The notes: generated from the letters alone by a model not told the origin. DNA of 64,000 nt from Desulfobulbaceae bacterium (GCA_031287565.1 JAITSS010000001.1:9752-73751); one strand, 5' to 3'. Counted from the stretch's first letter, positions 47,117-57,633 are shown. Program-made: numbers and translations.

Positions 47117-48523
47117 ATGAGATTTTCCACACGATTTCTTCTCCTGTTGGCCTTGGGCGCGGCTTTGGCCTGCCCGCTTGGCCGACACGCCGCAGCCCTG
47201 GCGGAAAGCGGCGGCGCCAGCGGCAGGATTCATCTGCATGAATTGCTTATTCAACCGACCAGGCCGACGGCGGCGCGGCTCGTCTACACCATGCAAGAGG
47301 CGGTGGAACGGGCGCTTGTCGCCAATCCCGGCGTCGAATCGAAAATACTTTTGGTCGAGCGGGCGCGGATGAATATCGGCATGGCGCAAAGCGCCTTCTG
47401 GCCGCGACTATCGCTGACGGTTTCGCGCAATCGCCTGCGCAACCACGGCGAGTTCGGCAGTTCGGATGAAATATCAAGTAACAGCCGCAGCCACGGCCTG
47501 CGCGCCACCTGGTCGCTATTCGCGGGCTTCGCCCATCTGAATGCGGTGATGAAGGCGCGGCTGGAGCGGGATGTCGAAGAAGAGCGGCTGCGCCAGGCGC
47601 GGCTCGAACTGCTTTCAACCGTACAACTCCAATTTCTGGGGCTGCTGAAGGCCAAAGACGATCTGAATACCGCCGAAGAATCAGTGCGACGCCTGGAAAC
47701 TCAGGGCGAAGCCGCCGAAGCCTTTGTCAGGGTCGGCATGGCGCCGCGCTTAACCGTGTTGCAGAACGAGGCCGATTTAGCCGCGGCGAAGCTCCAGGTC
47801 ATCCGCTCGCGGGGCGAGGTGGAAAACGCCCTGGCGCAACTGGCCGGTTCTCTGGCATTGCCGCCGGAAGAAGTCGCGGCCTATAGCGGCAATCTCCGAG
47901 AATTCAGCGGCGATGTCGATCTGACGGCGGAGACGGCGCTCGAAACCGCGCTCTTTCGCCGCCCGGATCTGATCATCGCCCAGAAATCGGTGGCCGTCGC
48001 CTTCAAAGATGTCGATATTCGCAAGTCCGGCTACGCCCCCAGGGTTGACCTGAGTTTTGATTCGATGCGCGACAAACATGATTATGAAGAGCAGCTTGAG
48101 AACTACGAGGACTATTCTCGTTCATACTGGGCGGTCGGCATAAACGTCTCGTGGGATATATTCACCGGCGGCGACACCACCTTCGGCCTTTTGGCCGACC
48201 GCCGCCGCGCCGAGGCCCTGCAAAAAGATTATGAAAACGCCGTGAGCGGCGCGAGAATCGAAGTCCTGGCGGCGCTTCGCGATATAAGAGCCGGAAAAGA
48301 AATGGTCGCGGTCTCACGGAAGGGCGTTGCCGCAGCGCGCGAGGGCTACGCCATGGCCGAAAAGCGCTTTCAAACCAACACCGGCTCGATGACCGACCTG
48401 CTCGACGCCCAACTGCGCCTGACCGAAGCGGAAAATGAAGTCAGCCGCGCCTACGCCGAATACCACAGCGCCAGGGCGCGCTTCTGGTATCACATCGGCC
48501 AGGAAAACCCTGGCCTTCGTTAA
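47117..48523 (+). CDS. TolC-family outer membrane channel (PrtF/AprF type)
   Basis: Signal peptide, duplicated OEP repeats, conserved operon position. Confidence 0.8.
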   Translation: MRFSTRFLLLLALGAALACPLGRHAAALAESGGASGRIHLHELLIQPTRPTAARLVYTMQEAVERALVANPGVESKILLVERARMNIGMAQSAFWPRLSLTVSRNRLRNHGEFGSSDEISSNSRSHGLRATWSLFAGFAHLNAVMKARLERDVEEERLRQARLELLSTVQLQFLGLLKAKDDLNTAEESVRRLETQGEAAEAFVRVGMAPRLTVLQNEADLAAAKLQVIRSRGEVENALAQLAGSLALPPEEVAAYSGNLREFSGDVDLTAETALETALFRRPDLIIAQKSVAVAFKDVDIRKSGYAPRVDLSFDSMRDKHDYEEQLENYEDYSRSYWAVGINVSWDIFTGGDTTFGLLADRRRAEALQKDYENAVSGARIEVLAALRDIRAGKEMVAVSRKGVAAAREGYAMAEKRFQTNTGSMTDLLDAQLRLTEAENEVSRAYAEYHSARARFWYHIGQENPGLR

Positions 48524-48746
48524 AAAAGAAACTTTTTTCTCCCGTTTTTCTTGATTTGCGGAAATTTTTATTCCACACTGGCAATGCGGCCTTGAAAAAA
48601 GGCACGAGATCCGGGGACGTTTCGGATCGCCAGTCCGCCGTCGTATCAGCCCGCGCCTCCATGCGGATCAATCGACAGCTTCCCAAAAACGCTGTGCTCC
48701 ACCGGGAGGACAAGACGTTTTTCCCACGAACCTCAAAGGACAGAAT

Positions 48747-51020
48747 ATGAGTGTAACAACGGACGCTTTACAGGCTTTACTGCTACCCATGGGCGCGGAC
48801 AATTGGCTGCGCTGGAGCATGAGCGCGCCACTCGGCTCAGGCATTGAAATCACCTACATGTTTCCCACGGAAACGCCGGAGTACTACCACGGAGACGCCG
48901 AGAACGGATTCACCGCCTTCAACGAAGATCAGCAACAACTGGCGCGGGAGGTGCTCGCCTCAATTTCCGAGATGATCAACATCACCTTCACCGAGGTGGA
49001 AAGCGGCGGCCATATGACCTTCGCCTACACCGGCATGAACAACAGCGCCTACGCGGGCAGCGCCGCATACGCCTATTATCCGAGCAGCTCGACCGCCTAC
49101 AGCGGCGGCGATATCTGGATGAATTCAGATTTTTTCAACACCGAAGCCACCCTGGATATGTTGGGGCCAGGTTCATACTTCCGCGAAGTCCTGTTCCATG
49201 AAATCGGCCACACCCTGGGCATGAAGCATCCGCATGAAAACCAGGACACCCTCGATCCGGAAATCGATGATTATTTCCACACCGTCATGACCTATAACGT
49301 CGATTTCTCGATCACGCCAGAGACCTACATGACGCTGGACATCGAAGCTTTGCAAGCCCTCTACGGCGCCAATATGGGAACCCGCGCCGACGACACCACA
49401 TATAGCTGGGATATTCATCCCTCGGTCGTGGAAACGCTGTGGGACGGCGGCGGCAACGACACCATTGATTGTTCAAATCAGGACGAGACCTGCGTCATCA
49501 ACCTGAACGACGGCGGCTACAGCTTCCTGAACGTGTCGCAGAGCGTGGCCGACATCCTGGCCAGCCTCGATCTCGCGGCTTGGGTCGAGGGCTATGTGCC
49601 CCGTGGCCTGCTGGATATTCAGCGTAATATCGTGGCCATCGCCAACGGGGCGAATATTGAAAACGCCACCGGCAGCGGCAATGACGACCTGCTTTCCGGC
49701 AACGCGAGCGACAACATCCTGAACGGCCTGGACGGCGACGACACCCTGTATGGCTGGGACGGCGACGACATCCTGGACGGCGGCCTGGGCGCTGACCACA
49801 TGTTCGGCGGCGCGGGCAACGACATCTACTATGTCGATAATATTGACGATTTGGTTTTTGAGGACGAGGACGGCGGCGAAGACACGGTGTACACCAGCAT
49901 CGACGGCCTTGATTTCGGCGCCAATATTGAACACGTGATTTATACCGGCGAAGGAAGTCCTGGCGTCGATCCGCTGCCACACCTGGTCGGCACCGATGGC
50001 GACGATGCGCTGTATGGCAGCGCGGAAAGCGAAATCATCGACGGACTCGGCGGGAACGACTACATCGTCGGCAACGCGGGCGACGACATCATCAATGGCG
50101 GCGATGGAGTGGATCAACTCTTTGGCAACGACGGCGATGATACGCTGAATGGCGGCGCGGGCGACGACGCCTTGGACGGTGGCGCGGGCGACGATTTCAT
50201 GAGCGGCGACGACGGCAATGACCTGTTCTACGGCGGCGCAGGCAATGACACCCTGCGGGGCGGCGACGGCAACGATTATATGATCGGCGACGGCGGCGAC
50301 GATCTGTTTTACGGCGGCGCCGGCCACGACACCCTGGAGGGTGGCAAGGGCAACGATACTATGAACGGCGACGACGGCAATGATACGCTGAACGGCGGCG
50401 ACGGCGACGACATCCTGCATGGTGGCGCGGGCAACGACCGTCTGAATGGCGGCAAAGGCGACGATATGCTGCATGGCGGCACTGGCGCGGACACGCTTTC
50501 CGGCGGCGCGGGCGCCGATGTCTTCCGCTTCAAGGCGGCCGATGATTCGCCTTTGGACGCCAGGGACAGTATCACTGACTTCGTGTCCGGAACTGACTGG
50601 CTGGATTTCTCCAGCTTTGCCAACAACACCACCGCCGATGGTCGGCAAGGCTTTATTTTTGTCGCCAACGGCGAATTTGATCCGATGAACGAGGGCGGCC
50701 AGTTGCGCTTTTCTTTCACCGCCACGACCAATACCGGCACCCTGTACGGCAAAACCGCCGGTGGTGACGAATTCGCCGTTGATTTGCGCGGCGTCGGGGC
50801 ACTGACCGAGGCCGACATCATCGGCCTCGTGGACAACACGCCGCCGCCCGCATCCAGCCCGTGGAACGACGACAATGGCCTTCAGGATGACACCGCCACT
50901 GAGACGACCGGGCCGCAAAGCGACGTCGCCGCCGATACCAACACGACCGACGCGACTGACGATGCCACCGTTGAGCTGGTCGGTGTCCCGGACATCCCGG
51001 ACGGCGATTTGGGCGTCTGA
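48747..51020 (+). CDS. Serralysin-like (M10B) zinc metalloprotease with two RTX Ca-binding repeat blocks; T1SS substrate
   Basis: '[14 protein letters not shown]' (HExxHxxGxxH). Met-turn 'TVMTY'. Many GGxGxD nonapeptides. The C-terminus ends '...DGDLGV'. Confidence 0.85.
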   Translation: MSVTTDALQALLLPMGADNWLRWSMSAPLGSGIEITYMFPTETPEYYHGDAENGFTAFNEDQQQLAREVLASISEMINITFTEVESGGHMTFAYTGMNNSAYAGSAAYAYYPSSSTAYSGGDIWMNSDFFNTEATLDMLGPGSYFREVLFHEIGHTLGMKHPHENQDTLDPEIDDYFHTVMTYNVDFSITPETYMTLDIEALQALYGANMGTRADDTTYSWDIHPSVVETLWDGGGNDTIDCSNQDETCVINLNDGGYSFLNVSQSVADILASLDLAAWVEGYVPRGLLDIQRNIVAIANGANIENATGSGNDDLLSGNASDNILNGLDGDDTLYGWDGDDILDGGLGADHMFGGAGNDIYYVDNIDDLVFEDEDGGEDTVYTSIDGLDFGANIEHVIYTGEGSPGVDPLPHLVGTDGDDALYGSAESEIIDGLGGNDYIVGNAGDDIINGGDGVDQLFGNDGDDTLNGGAGDDALDGGAGDDFMSGDDGNDLFYGGAGNDTLRGGDGNDYMIGDGGDDLFYGGAGHDTLEGGKGNDTMNGDDGNDTLNGGDGDDILHGGAGNDRLNGGKGDDMLHGGTGADTLSGGAGADVFRFKAADDSPLDARDSITDFVSGTDWLDFSSFANNTTADGRQGFIFVANGEFDPMNEGGQLRFSFTATTNTGTLYGKTAGGDEFAVDLRGVGALTEADIIGLVDNTPPPASSPWNDDNGLQDDTATETTGPQSDVAADTNTTDATDDATVELVGVPDIPDGDLGV

Positions 51021-51098
51021 TACGATTTCCCCGCTGGGACGGCGCGCATGGATTCAATCCTTCATCCAAACCGTCCCAGCGAGCACGCCGAAAAACCT

Positions 51099-51129
51099 TT
51101 TGACAAGTGGCGCAAAACCCGTCTACACT
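51099..51129 (+). promoter_or_regulatory. Candidate sigma70 promoter of the leuA leader (TTGACA-N19-TACACT)
   Basis: Hexamers read directly. The 19-nt spacer is longer than optimal. Confidence 0.3.
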
Positions 51130-51164
51130 CGCCTCTTCATTCTTCATTTTTGAGGTTTTTTCCC

Positions 51165-51239
51165 ATGCGCGCCCGCCTCCTCTCCCTACTAGCCCATATT
51201 CTATGCGCCCACCAACCGGCCCTGGGAGGAGATGCGTAA
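51165..51239 (+). promoter_or_regulatory. Leu-rich leader peptide ORF (24 aa: MRARLLSLLAHILCAHQPALGGDA)
   Basis: GAGG lies 9 nt upstream of the ATG. Residues 5-13 contain five Leu and one Ile (codons CTC CTC .. CTA CTA .. CTA). A terminator follows directly. Confidence 0.55.
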
Positions 51240-51271
51240 TCGCGCCATCATCCATGTGCTTTGTGAATCCC

Positions 51272-51303
51272 AAGGGCTGCGGCGCAACCGCGGCCCTTTT
51301 TTT
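51272..51303 (+). terminator. Intrinsic terminator (attenuator) between the leader peptide and leuA
   Basis: AAGGGCUGCGG-CGCAA-CCGCGGCCCUU (11-bp stem with one G-U pair); its last two U plus five more give UUUUUUU. It lies 45 nt before the leuA ATG. Confidence 0.75.
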
Positions 51304-51347
51304 ATGGCCATTGTTCATCACCGAATTCCCGCCACAAGAGGTCTGAC

Positions 51348-53027
51348 ATGAACCCGAAATTCTCCCAACTGGTGAAAAAATATCGTCCCTACCCGCCGAT
51401 GGATTTTCCGGCTCGCACCTGGCCTGGCAAAAGCGTCAGCAAAGCGCCGGCCTGGTGCAGCGTTGACCTGCGCGACGGCAACCAGGCGCTCATTCAGCCG
51501 ATGAGCCTGGAAAAGAAACTGGAGATGTACCAACTGTTGGTCGATATCGGCTTTCGGGAAATCGAGGTCGGTTTTCCCTCGGCCTCGCAGGTGGAATACG
51601 ATTTTACGCGGCATCTGATTGATAATAATCTCATCCCCGACGGTGTCACCATTCAGGTTTTGACCCAGGCGCGGGAACATCTGATTGTGAAAACCTACGA
51701 ATCAATTGTCGGCGCGAAAGAGGTCATCGTTCACCTCTACAATTCGACTTCGACCTTGCAGCGGCGCACGGTTTTTAAGATGGATCGTAAAGAAATAACC
51801 GATTTGGCGGTGGCCGGAGCGCGGCTTTTGAAACGGGAAGAGGCCAAGTATCCAGGCATCCATTTCCGCTACGAATATTCTCCGGAAAGTTTCACGGGAA
51901 CCGAGATGGATTTCGCGGTTTCAATTTGCCAGGCAGTGATGGAGGCATTGCAACCAACGCCCGACAATCGCCTGATCCTCAATCTGCCGGCCACCGTTGA
52001 GCTGACATCGCCAAATATCTATGCCGACCAGATTGAATACTTCGCCAGCCACATGAAAAATCGTGAGCTGGCCATCATCAGTCTGCACGCCCACAACGAC
52101 CGCGGCTGTGCCGTGGCGGCCACGGAATTGGCGCTCATGGCCGGTGGCGAGCGCGTCGAGGGCACCTTGTTTGGCAACGGCGAACGCACCGGCAACGTTG
52201 ATTTGGTGACCTTGGCCTTGAATATGTTCAGCCAAGGCGTCGATCCGCAGCTCGATTTAAGCAATATCAATCACTTAGTCGAAGTGTATGAACGGGTGTG
52301 CAAATTGCCGATTCATCCCCGTCATCCCTACGCCGGTGAACTGGTCTACACCGCCTTTTCCGGCTCGCATCAGGATGCAATCAATAAAGGAATGACGGCC
52401 TACGAACTGGCTGAATCCGGTTTGTGGGAAGTGCCCTATTTACCGATTGACCCGTCCGATGTCGGCCGCACTTACGAGTCGATCATCCGCATCAATTCAC
52501 AGAGCGGCAAAGGCGGCGTCGCCTACGTGCTCGATAAAGACTACGGCTACAAAATGCCGAAGGCGATGCACACAGAATTCGGTGAAATTATTCAGAAAAT
52601 CACCGAAAAAGAAGGACGCGAGCTGGCCAAAAACGAAATCTGGCAAGCGTTTGAGAGGACATACCTGCTGACGGGCAAACCCTACGCCCTGAAAAGTTTC
52701 AACGTTTTGAAACGCAGGCTCGACGGCGGGGCGACACAAACCGAAATTGAGGCGGAGGTGCTGACGGGCAAGCAAATCCACACTGTCCGCGCCGCTGGCA
52801 ACGGACCGCTTGACGCCTTCTGCGCGGCATTCAAAACCGCGTATCCGAGCGCGTTCACCCTCGTCAACTACCACGAACACGCGGTGGGCGGCGGTTCATC
52901 GGCGCGCGCCGCCGCCTACATTGAAATTGACCTCGCTGGACACAAGATTTGGGGCGTCGGCATCGATACCGACATCATCGTCGCTTCGGTGCGGGCGGTG
53001 CTCTCCGCGCTCAACCGCGCCGCGTAA
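51348..53027 (+). CDS. leuA: 2-isopropylmalate synthase (long form)
   Basis: 'VDLRDGNQA', 'SLHAHNDRGCAVA', C-terminal LeuA dimerisation/regulatory domain. Confidence 0.9.
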   Translation: MNPKFSQLVKKYRPYPPMDFPARTWPGKSVSKAPAWCSVDLRDGNQALIQPMSLEKKLEMYQLLVDIGFREIEVGFPSASQVEYDFTRHLIDNNLIPDGVTIQVLTQAREHLIVKTYESIVGAKEVIVHLYNSTSTLQRRTVFKMDRKEITDLAVAGARLLKREEAKYPGIHFRYEYSPESFTGTEMDFAVSICQAVMEALQPTPDNRLILNLPATVELTSPNIYADQIEYFASHMKNRELAIISLHAHNDRGCAVAATELALMAGGERVEGTLFGNGERTGNVDLVTLALNMFSQGVDPQLDLSNINHLVEVYERVCKLPIHPRHPYAGELVYTAFSGSHQDAINKGMTAYELAESGLWEVPYLPIDPSDVGRTYESIIRINSQSGKGGVAYVLDKDYGYKMPKAMHTEFGEIIQKITEKEGRELAKNEIWQAFERTYLLTGKPYALKSFNVLKRRLDGGATQTEIEAEVLTGKQIHTVRAAGNGPLDAFCAAFKTAYPSAFTLVNYHEHAVGGGSSARAAAYIEIDLAGHKIWGVGIDTDIIVASVRAVLSALNRAA

Positions 53028-53034
53028 AAAAAAT

Positions 53035-53056
53035 GGGGCGACCGATTGGTCGCCCC
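53035..53056. terminator. Bidirectional terminator hairpin between convergent leuA and lptE
   Basis: GGGGCGACC-GATT-GGTCGCCCC, flanked by an A8 run on one side and ACAATTT on the other. Confidence 0.7.
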
Positions 53057-53091
53057 ACAATTTCAGATGCCGGTGAAAAATTCCAGCCCGC

Positions 53092-53670
53092 TTATTTGCC
53101 CTGCGCCTCGGCCTGGCGCTTGGCCTCCAGCTTGGGTATCTCGACCAGACAACGCTGGTAGAGCTTCTGCGACAAATCCTCCAGGGCCTGGTCGATGGCG
53201 TCGTCCTCATTGTTGCGCGTCACCGTGGAATCGTTCGAGATCAGATAATCCTTGCTGAATGTGTGATTCTGCTCTTCGAGCAACACCGTGTCCGATTGCA
53301 AGTCCTTCAGAATGTAGCGCACCGTCAGATACATCCGCCCTTCAACGGCGGTGCGGTTTGAACCATAAGAACGGCTGGGCAGATAAATGGATTTGATTTC
53401 TCCGGCCAGAATCAAATCGGCTCCCTGGCGCTCCGAACTGATATGCAGCGAACCGGATTTTTGAAACCAGCGCATCAGCGTCTGATATAATTTTGTGTTA
53501 ATACCCAACTCGCTGGTACGGTTTTTCCAGTCCGTGATGTAAATGGTTTTATCCGGCCCATTGTAGACGTAAGGATTCCGGTAGCCACAGGCGGCGAGAC
53601 ACAGCAGAACGGCGAACAAGGCGCAACGGATGGCGGTTTTCAAGGATAATCCTCCACAGGCTGAATACAA
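53092..53670 (-). CDS. lptE: LPS-assembly lipoprotein LptE
   Basis: Lipobox 'LLCLAAC|G'. It sits immediately downstream of leuS, the conserved leuS-lptE arrangement. Confidence 0.7.
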   Translation of the reverse strand: MYSACGGLSLKTAIRCALFAVLLCLAACGYRNPYVYNGPDKTIYITDWKNRTSELGINTKLYQTLMRWFQKSGSLHISSERQGADLILAGEIKSIYLPSRSYGSNRTAVEGRMYLTVRYILKDLQSDTVLLEEQNHTFSKDYLISNDSTVTRNNEDDAIDQALEDLSQKLYQRCLVEIPKLEAKRQAEAQGK

Positions 53671-53711
53671 CGTGATGGCGCAACCGGTCTGAAAACCGGC
53701 GGATGGTAATA

Positions 53712-56177
53712 TCAGAGGACAATATTCACAAGTTTCTTCTTGACGACAATGGTCTTTTTTACCGTTTGTCCGGCGATGGCGCGAATGACGTTTTCATCGG
53801 CCAGGGCCAGGCGCGCCAGGCTGTCGTCATCAATATCAGCGGCCACCGACAGCCGCGAACGCACTTTTCCCCGCACCTGCACGACGATGGTCAACAGTTC
53901 ATCCTGGGCCAGCGCCTGATCCCAAACCGGCCATGCCTGGCTGTCAATATCGCCTGATTCGCCGATCGTTTGCCACATTTCGGCGCAGAAATGCGGCGAC
54001 ATCGGCGACAGGAGCAAGAGAATCGTCCGCATCGCCCGCCTGCGCCAGGAGAGGGGCAAATCCGCAGTATCGTTCAGGCTGTTGAACAGCTCCATGACCG
54101 CGCTGATCGCGGTATTGAAATGAAAATTGCTGTCGATATTTTCTGTGACCCGTTGAATAGTCTGATGAATCCGCCGCTGCATGGTTTGCGCCGCTTCGCT
54201 TATGGGCGGCTCTTCAGCCTGCGGCGCATCACCCAGTTCCAGCGCGTAGCGATATAAGCGGTTGAGAAAACGCGAAGCCCCTTCCACCCCTTTGGCGTTC
54301 CACTCCAGGTCACGTTCCGGCGGCGCGGCAAACAGGCTGAAGAGCCGCACGGTATCAGCGCCATACTGACCAATCAGCTCATCGGGATCGACAACATTCC
54401 CTTTTGATTTCGACATCTTCGCGCCATCTTTAATCACCATGCCCTGGGTCAGCAGGTTGGAGAACGGCTCGTCGATGCTGAGATAACCGAGGTCGCGCAT
54501 CACTTTGACAAAGAAACGGGAATAGAGCAGATGCAAAATGGCGTGCTCAACGCCGCCGATATACTGATCGACCGGCAGCCAGTGGGCGGCTTTTTCTTTA
54601 TCGACCGCGCCATCCTCACAGCGCGGACTGGTGAAACGGGCGAAATACCAGGACGATTCAACAAAAGTATCCATGGTGTCGGTTTCGCGTCGGGCCGGGC
54701 CGCCGCATTGCGGGCAGACAGTGGCAATGAACTCCGGGCGCTGATGCAAAGGCAGACAAGTATCTTTGGTTTGGTCGGCGTCAACCGGCAGGACCACCGG
54801 CAAATCCCGCTCAGGCACCGGCGCCGCGCCGCAACGCTGACAATGGATGATGGGAATCGGCGCGCCCCAGTAGCGCTGGCGGGACAGGCCCCAATCACGC
54901 AGCCGGTAGGTGGTGCGCGCCTGGCCAAAGCCTTTTTCAGCGGCGTAGGCAATGATGGCTTTTTTCGCGGCTTCAGAATCCATGCCGGTGAATGGCCCGG
55001 AATCGGCGAGAACGCCCGGTCCGGTCGCGGCTTCCGTCATTGTGCCCGCAGTCAGACGTTCACCCACGGGCATCACCACCGGTTTTATCGGCAGGCCATA
55101 CACCTTGGCGAAGGCGAAATCACGCTCGTCGTGGGCTGGCACCGCCATCACCGCGCCGGTGCCATATTCCATCAGAACAAAATTGGCGACATAGATGGGA
55201 ACTTTATCGCCGGTGAAGGGATTGACGCAGAAACGCCCGGTGAACATCCCTTTTTTCTCCGGCTCTTCGCCATAATTCAACTGCTGCTTTTCCGTGGTGA
55301 CGTTTTCAATGAACGCACGAACCTCCGCCTGCCGTTCGTTGCCGACCAACAGGGTTTCGAGCAGCGGATGCTCCGGCGCCAGAGACATGAACGTCACGCC
55401 ATAAATCGTATCCGGCCGCGTCGTGAAGATGGTGATTTTTTCGTCGCCGCCATCAATGGGAAAATCGCAGGCCATGCCAGTCGATTTGCCAATCCAATTA
55501 CGCTGCATGGTGACAACCTTTTCCGGCCAGCCGCCGAGTTTGTCCAGGTCTTGCAATAATTCTTCGGCGTAATCGGTGATGCGGAAAAACCAGCCGCTCA
55601 TGCGACGCGGTTTAATGGTGTTGTCGCAGCGCCAGCAGCATCCGTCGATGACCTGCTCATTGGCCAGAACCGTTTGGCAGGATTCGCACCAGTTGACGGT
55701 GGTTATCTTTTGATAAATCAAGCCTCTTTTGTACATCTCCAGAAACATTTTCTGCTCGTGGCGGAAATATTTCGGATTGCAGGTGGCGATTTCCCGGTCC
55801 CAATCATAGGACAAGCCCAGTTGCCGCAACTGGCCGCGCATATAGTCGATATTGCTGTAGGTCCAGGTGGCCGGGTGCATGTGATTCTTCTGCGCCGCGC
55901 CCTCGGCGGGCAAGCCGAAGGCGTCCCAGCCCATCGGATGCAAGACGTTGTAGCCGCGCATTCGTTTATAACGGGCCACCACATCGCCTATCGTGTAGTT
56001 GCGCACGTGTCCCATGTGGATGCGCCCGGACGGGTAGGGAAACATCTCAAGAACATAATATTTTGGCCGGTCGGCATCCTCGACGACCTGAAAAGTCTTG
56101 TCGGCCAGCCAGCGCGCCTGCCATTTTTTTTCAATGGCGCGAAAATCGTATCGGTGGACGGCGGTTCCGTTGCTCAT
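53712..56177 (-). CDS. leuS: Leucine--tRNA ligase
   Basis: 'HMGH' ('GRIHMGHVRNY') and 'KMSKS' ('GAKMSKSKGN'). ATG 56177 lies behind GGGAGA. Confidence 0.95.
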   Translation of the reverse strand: MSNGTAVHRYDFRAIEKKWQARWLADKTFQVVEDADRPKYYVLEMFPYPSGRIHMGHVRNYTIGDVVARYKRMRGYNVLHPMGWDAFGLPAEGAAQKNHMHPATWTYSNIDYMRGQLRQLGLSYDWDREIATCNPKYFRHEQKMFLEMYKRGLIYQKITTVNWCESCQTVLANEQVIDGCCWRCDNTIKPRRMSGWFFRITDYAEELLQDLDKLGGWPEKVVTMQRNWIGKSTGMACDFPIDGGDEKITIFTTRPDTIYGVTFMSLAPEHPLLETLLVGNERQAEVRAFIENVTTEKQQLNYGEEPEKKGMFTGRFCVNPFTGDKVPIYVANFVLMEYGTGAVMAVPAHDERDFAFAKVYGLPIKPVVMPVGERLTAGTMTEAATGPGVLADSGPFTGMDSEAAKKAIIAYAAEKGFGQARTTYRLRDWGLSRQRYWGAPIPIIHCQRCGAAPVPERDLPVVLPVDADQTKDTCLPLHQRPEFIATVCPQCGGPARRETDTMDTFVESSWYFARFTSPRCEDGAVDKEKAAHWLPVDQYIGGVEHAILHLLYSRFFVKVMRDLGYLSIDEPFSNLLTQGMVIKDGAKMSKSKGNVVDPDELIGQYGADTVRLFSLFAAPPERDLEWNAKGVEGASRFLNRLYRYALELGDAPQAEEPPISEAAQTMQRRIHQTIQRVTENIDSNFHFNTAISAVMELFNSLNDTADLPLSWRRRAMRTILLLLSPMSPHFCAEMWQTIGESGDIDSQAWPVWDQALAQDELLTIVVQVRGKVRSRLSVAADIDDDSLARLALADENVIRAIAGQTVKKTIVVKKKLVNIVL

Positions 56178-56202
56178 GGCGTTCTCCCTGCGGTGTTCTT
56201 GG

Positions 56203-57633
56203 TTATCCGGTAAAACTTTCGGCGCTGACATCCTGACCGGTATAAACCGGAGGCTGGTTGAAGCGCTCCGCGTCGCCAACGAGCGACGGATTTTCAAAGC
56301 GCGTCACCTCGCGATGGAAGACCAACCTGAGGCTGCCGGTGGGGCCGTTGCGCTGTTTGCCGATAATGATTTCGGCGTAGCCGCGCTCCGGATTGCTCTC
56401 GCTTTTGTTATACACCTCGTCGCGATAGATAAAAGCGATGACGTCGGCATCCTGTTCAATGGCCCCGGATTCACGCAAATCGGCCATCATCGGTCGTTTG
56501 TCGGTGCGGCTTTCGAGGCTGCGGTTCAATTGCGACAAGGCGATGACCGGCAGATTGTGTTCTTTGGCCACGGCTTTGAGCGAGCGGGAAATATCGCTGA
56601 TTTCCTGGGTGCGGTTTTCGGTGGAGCGGCCACTCATCAGTTGCAGATAATCGACAATCACCAGGCCGATTTTTTCCTTGGCGGCCAGGCGGCGCAGCTT
56701 GCTACGCATCTCCAAAACCGAAATGGCTGGCGTGTCGTCGATGTAAATCGGACTTTCTTCCAGAAGCGCCAGAGCGCGGGCCAGATTGGGCCAGTCGTCG
56801 CCCTGCATGTTGCCGGTGCGGATGTGCTGCGAATCGACACCACCAACGCTGGACAACAGGCGCAGCGTCAGTTGCTCTTTCGACATTTCCAGGCTGAAGA
56901 CGGCGACGCCGATTTTTTCTTTCAGGGCCGCGTGCTGGGCGATGTTGAGGGCGAAGGCGGTTTTGCCCATCGACGGACGGGCGGCGACGATGATCAGATC
57001 GGAGGCTTGCAATCCAGCGGTCATCTTATCAAGTTCTTTGAAGCCGCTGGGCACGCCGGTAATCAGTTCCTTACGTTGAAAAAGCTGCTCAACCTGGCGA
57101 AAGGCCAGCGGCGCGATTTCTTTCACCGAGACAAACTGCTGGTCGCCACGGCGTCCGGCAATGTCAAAGATCGCCTGCTCGGCGTCATCGACCAATTGAT
57201 CAATATCGTGCTGCTCGTCGTAGCAACGGGCGGCAATATCGGTATTGACCTCGATTAAGCGGCGCAGAATCGCCTTCGAGCGGACGATTCGGGCATAAGA
57301 AGCAATGTTTGAAGCAACCGGGATGCGTGAAGTCAGCATCGCCAGATAGTCGTCGCCGCCGGTTTTCGCCTCAAGATTTTTCGCCCTGAGGTAATCACCG
57401 ACCGTCAACGTGTCGATGCGCTCATTTTTTTCAAACAGATCAAGGATGGCGCCGAAAAGAATCCGGTGGGCGTCGCGATAAAAATCATCAACGCGCAGAA
57501 TATCCACCACCTCCGGCAAGGATTTTTCCCGCAACAGAATGGAGCCGAGGACAGCCTGCTCGGCTTCGGAATTCTGCGGCGGAATGCGCCCCAAACGGGG
57601 GCGGTCCGGCTGATTTTCCGTGAAGTCATTCAT
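56203..57633 (-). CDS. dnaB: Replicative DNA helicase DnaB
   Basis: 'PPQNSEAEQAVLGSIL', Walker A 'ARPSMGKTAF', 'IDYLQLM'. Confidence 0.95.
   Translation of the reverse strand: MNDFTENQPDRPRLGRIPPQNSEAEQAVLGSILLREKSLPEVVDILRVDDFYRDAHRILFGAILDLFEKNERIDTLTVGDYLRAKNLEAKTGGDDYLAMLTSRIPVASNIASYARIVRSKAILRRLIEVNTDIAARCYDEQHDIDQLVDDAEQAIFDIAGRRGDQQFVSVKEIAPLAFRQVEQLFQRKELITGVPSGFKELDKMTAGLQASDLIIVAARPSMGKTAFALNIAQHAALKEKIGVAVFSLEMSKEQLTLRLLSSVGGVDSQHIRTGNMQGDDWPNLARALALLEESPIYIDDTPAISVLEMRSKLRRLAAKEKIGLVIVDYLQLMSGRSTENRTQEISDISRSLKAVAKEHNLPVIALSQLNRSLESRTDKRPMMADLRESGAIEQDADVIAFIYRDEVYNKSESNPERGYAEIIIGKQRNGPTGSLRLVFHREVTRFENPSLVGDAERFNQPPVYTGQDVSAESFTG

Noticed and set aside
49473-50918. 481-aa ORF antisense to the RTX protease gene, plus nested 160-aa and 188-aa ORFs.
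   Set aside because: It lies entirely within the GGxGxD repeat region of a well-supported gene. The reverse complement of GC-rich Gly/Asp codon repeats stays open by chance. The low-complexity translation has no motifs.
56098-57258. 386-aa plus-strand ORF overlapping leuS/dnaB. Similar long antisense ORFs occur at 54531-55559 (in leuS), 24184-25068 (in prc), 18135-18656 (in the pilB-like gene) and 45628-46413 (in the T1SS genes).
   Set aside because: Each is antisense to a gene with unambiguous catalytic motifs. They are typical stop-poor shadow frames of high-GC DNA, with Arg/Gly/Ala-rich nonsense translations.
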